Assembly: GCA_046758705.1 (NCBI GenBank)
Contig: JBHIAT010000001.1
Span: 3,963 to 67,962 of the forward strand
Direction of reading: 5' to 3'
DNA from: Candidatus Bipolaricaulia bacterium
Lineage (GTDB): Bacteria; Bipolaricaulota; Bipolaricaulia; JBHIAT01
DNA: 64,000 bases
A program made the position numbers and the translations under genes. Positions 9,934 through 18,569 of the stretch are shown one piece after another. The notes below the pieces were generated by a model. It saw nothing but the letters and a program-made list of their open reading frames with translations. It searched no databases and had not been told where the DNA came from. Each line of letters starts with the position of its first letter. The first letter of the stretch is position 1.

Positions 9934-12900
9934 TTATCCCAATAGATTCAGAAGATTCTCAGATAACTGACCACATGGCACCTCATTCAAAACTTGATTA
10001 CCTGGATCAACCGCTGGTCTTGCGGGATCGGTATTGACAGCGATGATGCAGTGATTCCCCTGGTTATTGGTTGTGTTATTCATGAGACTGCTGGTGGTAA
10101 ATAGCGATATCTTTAAGGGCGTTTCAGGATCAATCACCTCTTTGAACCGATTATCACTGGCCCTCAATGTAGCGCCACTAAGCAGGGTATTCATTACGAA
10201 CCCTCCCACATCCACAATTCCCCCTCCGAGAGCATCCGATTGATTCCCGTCGAACCCCACATCGTCCATCGACCCGATTAATTGTGAAGCGATACTGCTA
10301 CTACCGAAACCGAGACGTGTCTGGTTACTGTTGAAAAGGGTGTTACCGTTTGGCAGACGCAGCGTGATCCGTGACCTTCTGGAAAAAGTAGCAGACGGTG
10401 CAGCAGCAAAATGCGTTTCGGTCGTGCCTGTCGTGACATCACTACCAACCCCAGCAGTGGCCAAGCCGCCAAGATTGAATATGAGCACGGCTCCAGCGAG
10501 GCGTTCCAAAGCTTCAGGCCCGGATAACTCGCTGTTGAACTGGCTATTCAGGATGGAGACGGGACCCAATGATATGATGCTGAGAGCTTGACCTGCAGGC
10601 TGATCTACAACGTTATCATGAACCCGAGCAGCCGGTCTGCCTTTGGCAACCGTGTCGCGCGCGCCCGTGATCAGATCGAAGATCGAGAGTGAGGAGACGA
10701 TCCTCAAAACCACACCTCCTCTGATACCTGACTCCAAATCGGCATTGATGCTTTCCACCAACGGACCGTTATCGACAATATGATTCAGGGTAATATCCAC
10801 ATGTTCTCCATAGGTGAGATAAACACCACAGACAGGATTGATATGGTTTGCACCGTTATTCTCGATGCGATTTCCACGGATGGAAAGATCCTCACACATG
10901 CCCAAGGAAATACCGCCAAGACCTGTCTCCCTCACTCTGGTTCTCATCTCTTCATCAAAAGGGTGCTGTAGGCAATTGAAAATATGATTCCGATGGATGT
11001 TGAGGTTAATCACCGGATTCCCAAGCAGCGCAAGAATAGGCGTCATCGCTAAGGCAGTCGTTGGGACAGCTGACGGATCTGGAGGAGTTACATGAGGAAC
11101 TCCTATTCCAGATAGACCCATATTTGAGATCTCATTTCGATCAATCTGGATCTCGTAAATGAAAGCCAGCAGATCACCTAAATCGATTTCTTCTTCACCC
11201 ACGTCGATTCGGAAGCGCACAAATTCCCCACTACCTTCCGTTGTAATGCTTTCAATTTTGTAGCCAGGGGTTGTGATCGACACATTATAGTCACCTGGGG
11301 CAGCGGCTATCAAAAAGAAACCGGTATTATCCGTTGTAGCCGTTAATGTAGCGCCATCACTTTCCTCAAATAGCAGTGCGACACCTCCAAGGCCCGTTCC
11401 CTCGAACACGACCCTACCCCAGAGTGATCCCCCTGTATGCTCGATCACATGTTCGGTCTCCTCAGCTCTTTCATCAGAATCAGATGGACCGGGAAGCAGA
11501 GCCCCACCCAAAGTAATGCCGTTTCCCGCGCCCCCGTTGATCTCGTTTTCCAGCACTTTAATTCTTTCCGAACCACCGACGATTTGAATCCCTCCCAGGG
11601 CTTTGAATGGAGCTGGGGGGGGCAAGGTGATTGTGAATCCCCAAATCCAATTTACATATGCGACAAAGAAGGGGATATTGATGTATACGCGCTCCGGATC
11701 TGCACAGGGATCGATTGGATCAGGGGTCTCGTCTCCCGGGATGTCAACAGGAGGAATACTTTCTGCGGGAACTACGCCAATGTCGTTGCGCTCGATCACG
11801 CTATCTTCCGCCATGATATGGATGGCAACGTCGGCCCCCTCCTTGTCTAACATACTGATTTTGTTATGGTGAATATGGATCCCGACTCCTCGCTTCACCG
11901 AGATTGCATTCGCGTAAGCAAGCATCCGGTTGTTGCGTATCTCAACCTGTTGCAATGCGCCCAATTCTGTACCTTCCAAAACGATGGCCGTTCCGCCCAA
12001 AGTGACCATATCCATATCTTCCAAGATTATACATTGAGAGTCGATCACATGGAAAATGGACGCCTCCCGATCGGCTTCCCTGGGGATGATTTTCGTCTTT
12101 TTATCGCATCCTTTGATCTTGATGTTGTATTTCCCTTCGATGCACACATCGGCCTCATGCAATCCCGGCAAGAGGCATATTTCCCCGCCTGAACTGGGAA
12201 GATGCCGCACCGCTTCCTCTATCGAGTCGAAATCTCCATGGCCTGATTCTCCATCCCCAACTGTGAAAGAACAACAAACGGTCTGATTGGTGAGCGGTCG
12301 AAAAATATCGCGACAATCCTCGATCTCTTCCGTCTCGAAGCTGATGTCTTGATCACTATCCCAGTTCAGGATGGCCAGTGGCACACGATGGTAGTGAATG
12401 CCCTCCGGCGGTTCTTCGTCTATCAAAACCTCAGGATTGCCGATCTCACCTGCCCGGACCGGGAAAGTCCAGTAGTCTCCAGGCATATAGTGAGCCTCGA
12501 TGGGTAGTGCGAATTCCAGTCGAATCCCATCACGCAATTCAGTCGGATCAGGTCCTATAGAAAATTCGCCGATTTCTCTTATGTCGTTCCAGAGACGGAA
12601 AAATACGGATTCGCCGGAAGCAGGAATGGAGCCGAACATCGGCGCAGCGGGAAGATCGAGTTCGTTGCCGCTATTGAGCGTGACCTTTGCCCCATAGGTG
12701 ACGTTCCAATGGCCCAGGTCCTGATCGGACTCAACGGCTTCAAGATAAAACTCATTCAATCCAGACGTGACGATCGCTTGCAGATTGGCCGTGATCTCGA
12801 CCTTATTCGAATCAGCATGAAAGATCCCTCGTCCGACGAGACCGCCATTGAACTGAGACCACTTGAACATGGCGGCACCGCTGTTGACTTGAGCGATCTC

Positions 12901-13599
12901 TATGCGATAAAGGTGATGTTCAAATCCGGTGTAGCCGCCACCCTCAACCACCGGACAGTCTCCATCGATGACTGTAGTTGGCTGCAATGAAACCGTCAGT
13001 TTCCCCTTTTGTGAAAAGCCATCTTTCAGCTTATCCCCGATGTTATCACAGGTATCTCCATCTTCCAATCTGAGCAATCGGAAGGCCATCGCCGTGTGGA
13101 CTCTCTCCGTGGTATCGGGTCCACCCAACGCAGGCTCGATTAACGTTTCAGGCATTTGGAAGCCATTGATCGCTTCCCGCCAGATTTCAAGAATGACTGC
13201 ATCACGAATATCGGGACCTATCGGGTCGGCGGGAGGATCCTGAATGGGCGGTTGAAGGTAGGTGGCGATGCGGCGAACATCCGCCGTCGGATCAGGCGCT
13301 TCACCCGGCAAACAGAGCAAGAGTCCATCGGCCCATAGCCTACCCGGTGTGATCGTGAGTTCCACCTCGTTGGATGCATCAAGCAAAGCCCTTTGCACTT
13401 TAAAACTATCAGGCTCACTGGCCGGGACCGCTGCGACTCCCGGACCGATAGCGTCTCGACCCGCTTGATCCTGCCAATCGTTGGTTATTCTAGTTCGGGC
13501 ATTCCAGTCGCTGTCGAGCAAGACCCTGCCCTGCTGGTGCAACACACCATTAAAGTTCTTTTTAGGATCAAAACTCCATTTGGAAAAATCGCCTTTCAT
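9934..13599 (-). CDS. tail-fibre/receptor-binding-like protein with parallel beta-helix repeats and carboxypeptidase-regulatory-like domain
   Basis: 1221 aa; repeated beta-helix-like segments (IRNNRMLAYANAISVKRGVGIHIHHNKIS), CarboxypepD_reg-like segment (TDNTGFFLIAAAPGDYNVSITTPGYK); occupies the gpH/Afp13 position after gpI-like gene. Confidence 0.5.
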   Translation of the reverse strand: MKGDFSKWSFDPKKNFNGVLHQQGRVLLDSDWNARTRITNDWQDQAGRDAIGPGVAAVPASEPDSFKVQRALLDASNEVELTITPGRLWADGLLLCLPGEAPDPTADVRRIATYLQPPIQDPPADPIGPDIRDAVILEIWREAINGFQMPETLIEPALGGPDTTERVHTAMAFRLLRLEDGDTCDNIGDKLKDGFSQKGKLTVSLQPTTVIDGDCPVVEGGGYTGFEHHLYRIEIAQVNSGAAMFKWSQFNGGLVGRGIFHADSNKVEITANLQAIVTSGLNEFYLEAVESDQDLGHWNVTYGAKVTLNSGNELDLPAAPMFGSIPASGESVFFRLWNDIREIGEFSIGPDPTELRDGIRLEFALPIEAHYMPGDYWTFPVRAGEIGNPEVLIDEEPPEGIHYHRVPLAILNWDSDQDISFETEEIEDCRDIFRPLTNQTVCCSFTVGDGESGHGDFDSIEEAVRHLPSSGGEICLLPGLHEADVCIEGKYNIKIKGCDKKTKIIPREADREASIFHVIDSQCIILEDMDMVTLGGTAIVLEGTELGALQQVEIRNNRMLAYANAISVKRGVGIHIHHNKISMLDKEGADVAIHIMAEDSVIERNDIGVVPAESIPPVDIPGDETPDPIDPCADPERVYINIPFFVAYVNWIWGFTITLPPPAPFKALGGIQIVGGSERIKVLENEINGGAGNGITLGGALLPGPSDSDERAEETEHVIEHTGGSLWGRVVFEGTGLGGVALLFEESDGATLTATTDNTGFFLIAAAPGDYNVSITTPGYKIESITTEGSGEFVRFRIDVGEEEIDLGDLLAFIYEIQIDRNEISNMGLSGIGVPHVTPPDPSAVPTTALAMTPILALLGNPVINLNIHRNHIFNCLQHPFDEEMRTRVRETGLGGISLGMCEDLSIRGNRIENNGANHINPVCGVYLTYGEHVDITLNHIVDNGPLVESINADLESGIRGGVVLRIVSSLSIFDLITGARDTVAKGRPAARVHDNVVDQPAGQALSIISLGPVSILNSQFNSELSGPEALERLAGAVLIFNLGGLATAGVGSDVTTGTTETHFAAAPSATFSRRSRITLRLPNGNTLFNSNQTRLGFGSSSIASQLIGSMDDVGFDGNQSDALGGGIVDVGGFVMNTLLSGATLRASDNRFKEVIDPETPLKISLFTTSSLMNNTTNNQGNHCIIAVNTDPARPAVDPGNQVLNEVPCGQLSENLLNLLG

Positions 13600-13609
13600 C
13601 TTATCCTCC

Positions 13610-15952
13610 TTAAGTTACCGGTATCAGCAGGGGTCTCACCCCTACGGGCATAAATTCGCGGTAGCGGATTTGAATGTTACGCCACTTGTGGGCTTCTAAC
13701 AGAAAACCGAAGGCGCCCATCGCATCGTCATTCGGCCCTCTCTCTCGAATGCGAAAATCGGTGGTGTGGGCAAGCTGGCCGTAAGCGGGTTGGCCGAAGA
13801 TCTCGCTGACAAACCGAAGTTGGGCCTCCGTTCCATTAACACACCCGTGGTTCTGCGGCAGACGGTCTCCATTTCCGGAAAAATAGCTAAATTTGATACA
13901 CCCCTTCTGGTTCTGAAGCACTTCCAGGGCGTGAATCCATATTCCACCTCTGCCATTGATGCTCTCCACCCGCATGCGGCCAAAGACCGTGATGCCGTTC
14001 ACTTGTGTTGGTGGACCCCAGTCATCACTAGCACCTGAAATGGCAAATGATGCGGTTGCTGGGTCATCATTCACGCCTTTTCCAGCATCTATAATCGAGT
14101 CAGCGAGAAAGAGATGGTAGCCAGTATCGATAAAGAGTGGTCCGGTAATCGTGCGCTGCAGAATGATTTCAGGAGTTTGGTTGAACGCTTCTTCCTCATT
14201 CGCATCTGCAAATCCATAGGGTTCCTTAAGCCCCATCGAAGGATGGATTAGCGCATGCGTGCCATCGAGCTTTCTGAAACCTCCTGGATCGAGCGTGCAG
14301 TTGAAAATCTCAAGGTTGTGCAATGCCGCTCTCGCCATCAGAGGTTCATCCGTGGGAAAGCTATCGCCTCGGGTGGGATACAACCCCTCAAGCCGGACCG
14401 TCAGATTCGACATAACTGCGTCGAATTGTCTTTGTTCCTCATCGTTCGCACCTTTGACATGGGTTGGCCGGAAACGTAACGGTTGCGCCAGCTTGATGAT
14501 CGGCCGCTGATTGTCGGCAGCACGGATAATGAGAGATCTGTTTAATCGCAGATTGGGACCGCCATCTTCATCGATCGTTCCCCCGATGGCACTAAGGTCC
14601 AGTTCGTGCGCCATGCTGTCATGGATTTCAATGACGATTGGGGAAGGTGAATCCTGAATATCATTGAGTGCATCCCGTAGTCCATTAGGGTTTTGGTGAA
14701 AGTTAACTTCCTTGACGACGACCGGCTCATCGTTCCACTCCTGCGGCGAGGAAGGGTGCGATATCGGATGCGCACCTACGGGTCCCCCTGCACCGTAGGT
14801 ATACGTAAGCAACAGATGATCAACTAAGGCATCTCCATCATCCTCAGTGTCAACACCGATAACGATTCTGCCGATGACGGGATCAATGGCGATTTCACGG
14901 TTTTTTAGGGGGGGCTGCAGACCGGTCTCCCAGGCACACAGATTCGCTCCCCGAATAGACCAGCCTTCCCCCGTAAGTACCGATGGCAGGTGCAGTTGAA
15001 GTCCAACAACGGATATATCCAGCGATGCCAGGGTGGGATCATTATGGTCATACGTCTCGACAGCAACGTATTGAGTTGGGTCGCCTGCAGGCGAATCTTC
15101 GTTCAGACGAGCGATGTGGATCGGACCAGGAGTCTCATCTATTTGGGATACGACGGGAGGATCTCTATCGGGATCGAATCGGTGCGTGTTGAAGAGTCTG
15201 ACCGGTTCGCCCATGGGATGGACATCAAAGCGGGCGATGAAAGCTGCGGCATCTGGGAATTCTGATAGATCAATCGATGCAGCCCTGGGGTGTGCCCCTC
15301 TCGATATCGGTTTTGACACGGCCACCTGGTAAGCTTTCAAACGCCAGAGGAAGATGGCCAGGTTTGGAAGGTTGTACCGGATGTTGCCAAACGCCGGAGG
15401 TTTCAGATCGGCGGTATGGGCAAAGGGGTCGAACGGCGTGCTGAGTAGGGTTAACGTTGCCGGGTCGCGAAGCGTGACGGTTCCACCCCGGATCGGTGTA
15501 AATCGGGTAACGGACGGAAGCGCATAAGGCGGCTGACCTCCCTCATCGGGTCGCTGATGATTGAGGTGTTGGTTCCAAATCAGATTTTCTCTTAACTCAA
15601 CGCAATGCACACCCCACTGCGTCAGGTTGTACGTCAGCAGTTCTATGGCACCCAACGTGCCTTTGCGCCGGCGAAGGGCTATTGTATCGGCGACATCGGC
15701 CCTCAGCGTCCAAGGGTCTCCGGTCAGATGACTTGTGCCAAGCAGGTCGCCGATGTAGGGAATGACCCAGTCGTCACAGGTTTCGATGAACAGGTCGTGA
15801 TAGAGAGACTCGATATTTTCATGGATCGCGCCCAAGACCTCTTCGACTAAGGCAAGGTAGCTCTTGAGCTGGCCGGGAGGTTGTTGTTCCTCGTCTCTAA
15901 TTTTATAAATCTCAGGAAGTCGATCATAAAGAGGGACACGCGGTTCACTCAT
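13610..15952 (-). CDS. baseplate protein, P2 gpI-like (Tail_P2_I family) with long C-terminal extension
   Basis: N-terminus LYDRLPEIY...CDDWVIPYIGDLLG...ALRRRKGTLGAIELL matches the gpI family consensus (C-P..LLPWLA ... R.KGT..gl). Confidence 0.65.
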   Translation of the reverse strand: MSEPRVPLYDRLPEIYKIRDEEQQPPGQLKSYLALVEEVLGAIHENIESLYHDLFIETCDDWVIPYIGDLLGTSHLTGDPWTLRADVADTIALRRRKGTLGAIELLTYNLTQWGVHCVELRENLIWNQHLNHQRPDEGGQPPYALPSVTRFTPIRGGTVTLRDPATLTLLSTPFDPFAHTADLKPPAFGNIRYNLPNLAIFLWRLKAYQVAVSKPISRGAHPRAASIDLSEFPDAAAFIARFDVHPMGEPVRLFNTHRFDPDRDPPVVSQIDETPGPIHIARLNEDSPAGDPTQYVAVETYDHNDPTLASLDISVVGLQLHLPSVLTGEGWSIRGANLCAWETGLQPPLKNREIAIDPVIGRIVIGVDTEDDGDALVDHLLLTYTYGAGGPVGAHPISHPSSPQEWNDEPVVVKEVNFHQNPNGLRDALNDIQDSPSPIVIEIHDSMAHELDLSAIGGTIDEDGGPNLRLNRSLIIRAADNQRPIIKLAQPLRFRPTHVKGANDEEQRQFDAVMSNLTVRLEGLYPTRGDSFPTDEPLMARAALHNLEIFNCTLDPGGFRKLDGTHALIHPSMGLKEPYGFADANEEEAFNQTPEIILQRTITGPLFIDTGYHLFLADSIIDAGKGVNDDPATASFAISGASDDWGPPTQVNGITVFGRMRVESINGRGGIWIHALEVLQNQKGCIKFSYFSGNGDRLPQNHGCVNGTEAQLRFVSEIFGQPAYGQLAHTTDFRIRERGPNDDAMGAFGFLLEAHKWRNIQIRYREFMPVGVRPLLIPVT

Positions 15953-15953
15953 C

Positions 15954-18569
15954 TCAACATACCTCCATGGACTCCACAGTAGCGACTTTTAGCTGAAGAT
16001 GTTCCTTGTATAAACTGAGGACATGGTCGTTATCGCAGGAGACGGCAGAGTTTAAGGGTTTAGGTTCGGAAGGAAGACTGAGCTCTGAGGGATCGTCTGC
16101 TTCACCGAGAGAACCTAGCGCGGTGACCTTGGCCCACACCACACCTTCCACATCTTGGATGATCCCTGCTATCTTTGTGGCGTACTCGTTTTGTACGAAC
16201 CGACGTTGACGAAGCCCAAACAAACCTGCCGAACCATCGATAGCGTTGCCCTCCTCGCCGGTAACGCCCAACGTCTCTTTGATCGCTTTTTTCACCCGTT
16301 CTTCTCGAAAGGCTGGATCGAGAGCAAAGACGGCATCGATGTAGACGTATAGCAGCTTGCCTTGATGGACGATGATGGGAAACCGCTGCGGGCCACGACA
16401 CTTGTTGTAACCGTTTAGGATTTCTTGAACTGCCTCGAACTCTTGATCTCGTCCTGTTTCCATTAAGACAGTCAGGACAACGGTCGGGACATTATTGACC
16501 AATTCCCAAGCTGCGGTTACTTTTGAAACGCCTGATATGGCAAGGGTTTCGCTTTCGAAATCCTTTAGGCTGACAAGACGGTCAAGACTTTGGATTTTTC
16601 CTGGAGCGGCCTCCCTGGCATTGTCACCGCTTTCGGGCTCTGAGCCCCCGGAAACGACACCGGGCAGTTGAATCTTATCGAGGCGGTCCAGCTTGTCTCC
16701 GGGTTGCACGGTGGTCCCTTCCTTCAGGGCACCGTAGGCTCCTGTCCCAGTTCGATATTTGGCAACTACATTCCTGACGCCCGAGGGAAGTCGTGCTCCT
16801 GTTTTCCCATCGCCGAACTGCACCCAGCTCTCACCATTGGCATCTTCGCGAACGATGTAGATCTCCTCTTTGGGTCCCCGGTCGAAAAAGGAAGGGACTC
16901 TGGTCCATAGACGATCATTCACGTAGATCTGCAACTCGGGCACTTCGGGTGGAGTCTCTCCAGCAGAATTGTGATACGTTAAAGGTGCCTTGGGGAGTTT
17001 GAAAGTCTGGAACATCTGCCGACTGTCGCCATTGCCAAGCACGGCTTCTTTCTCGGTCTTGCCTTGAGTTGCATCGACAAGATTCCCGTAAACGGTAACG
17101 ACTGGATCTTCGAGTAACGGGAAGTCTTCAATACTAAAATCCTCAGAGAACTCTGACAGGTACAGGGGATACAGTTTCTCGCTATCATCGTCATCGAAAG
17201 AGACACTTGATTCGTCTATATTGGCGACGATTGCTTCGTGCGCTCCATCCTCTTTGACGAACAACAGAGATCGTCCGTCAAGCTGTTTGTACACTGGTGA
17301 GGTTCCAAAATAGAAAAGGGTGGTCAGATCTGAGGAGGCCACTTCTTGATAAGCACCCTGCAACGAGAAACGTTCCCCGATCACTTCAAGAAACTCCACA
17401 CTTCGAATATCTGTGTAGATTAGATCTTCATAAGAGACTGTAGCATCGAGTTCAATGACGGTGGTCCCTCCTGAAACGGCACCCCACATAAGGGATGCTT
17501 TTGTAATCTGGTCTATTCTTCTCTCGAAGAAATGCTCAGCCCCCCCACCTGAGGTAAAGCTGCTAAGTTGCAATTCAACTAACATCGTGGATCCCACGGG
17601 TATATCATCAACTTCTGCATTGAGAGGCATTGATGTGAAGTGGGGTAACGGAACGTAGGATCCGACAATATAGGCAATCAGCGGCGCACCGGATACCCAA
17701 CCCACTTGGCGACTAAAATCTACTGGATCCGTAACAGCCTGTGTGCCCTCTACTTTTACGGTCTCTGATGGTCCGTTGTAGCCAAAATGTCTGAAGGATC
17801 TTCCCAGTTTATAGGCATGAATCTGGCTTCCTACGAACCCTTCTTGCCAACTTCCTTCAATGTAAATCTCGGTTTTATCAAAACGTTCCTGTATATCTTC
17901 AATGATGACGATCTGCCATTTGGTAAGAGGGTCAGAGGGATCGATCACCAACAGTAGCTGATCCCCTTTGTTCAACTCTATGTTTTTTTCCTCGAGTACA
18001 GCGGTATCGATTGAAAAGGATTTCGTTCCGGTCGTGATATTTGGAATGTAATAAGATCGATATAAGCTGAACTGACTCAGTTCCGGATAGGCCGTGACCT
18101 CTGCAATTGTCTCAAAATCAGCGGGCTGTTCCAATCCTTCTACCTGCGCTTTAATTGGAAATCCCGCCGGGATCATCACTGGCTTGTCGTTCTTTACCTC
18201 GAAGGCGAAGGTGGTTCGGCCGCCCAGTCCCGGCGAGAGGCGATAGCCCAGGAGCCGGACCAAGTCGGCGATGCTTTCCCTCCATTGAGCCGTTCTCAAA
18301 TAAGCTTCATTGGCATAGAGTTCCTGATAGAAAGTCAGAATATCGCCCAGGATCGACGCGCCTTCCAGCAAAGCAATACCCGGATCGTCTGCCTCCCGAT
18401 GTGTCCAGCCTGCGAGAACCGGATCTTGATTCAGTCTCCGTAGAAGCGCTTCTCGGAAATTGGAATAGGTGCCGATGCGATAGTCGATGTGAGACAGACC
18501 CGGTCGATTGTTTGGTCTTTTCGGAAAGAGAAGCGGTTCAACGCAATCATTGCGGCAATCCGGGCTCAT
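15954..18569 (-). CDS. baseplate J-like protein (second paralog, gp6/gp7-like)
   Basis: IDYRIGTYSNFREALLRRL...DDPGIALLEGASILGDILTFYQELYANEAYLRTAQWRESIADLVRLLGY = Baseplate_J N-terminal consensus; ATGA start/stop overlap with upstream gene. Confidence 0.65.
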   Translation of the reverse strand: MSPDCRNDCVEPLLFPKRPNNRPGLSHIDYRIGTYSNFREALLRRLNQDPVLAGWTHREADDPGIALLEGASILGDILTFYQELYANEAYLRTAQWRESIADLVRLLGYRLSPGLGGRTTFAFEVKNDKPVMIPAGFPIKAQVEGLEQPADFETIAEVTAYPELSQFSLYRSYYIPNITTGTKSFSIDTAVLEEKNIELNKGDQLLLVIDPSDPLTKWQIVIIEDIQERFDKTEIYIEGSWQEGFVGSQIHAYKLGRSFRHFGYNGPSETVKVEGTQAVTDPVDFSRQVGWVSGAPLIAYIVGSYVPLPHFTSMPLNAEVDDIPVGSTMLVELQLSSFTSGGGAEHFFERRIDQITKASLMWGAVSGGTTVIELDATVSYEDLIYTDIRSVEFLEVIGERFSLQGAYQEVASSDLTTLFYFGTSPVYKQLDGRSLLFVKEDGAHEAIVANIDESSVSFDDDDSEKLYPLYLSEFSEDFSIEDFPLLEDPVVTVYGNLVDATQGKTEKEAVLGNGDSRQMFQTFKLPKAPLTYHNSAGETPPEVPELQIYVNDRLWTRVPSFFDRGPKEEIYIVREDANGESWVQFGDGKTGARLPSGVRNVVAKYRTGTGAYGALKEGTTVQPGDKLDRLDKIQLPGVVSGGSEPESGDNAREAAPGKIQSLDRLVSLKDFESETLAISGVSKVTAAWELVNNVPTVVLTVLMETGRDQEFEAVQEILNGYNKCRGPQRFPIIVHQGKLLYVYIDAVFALDPAFREERVKKAIKETLGVTGEEGNAIDGSAGLFGLRQRRFVQNEYATKIAGIIQDVEGVVWAKVTALGSLGEADDPSELSLPSEPKPLNSAVSCDNDHVLSLYKEHLQLKVATVESMEVC

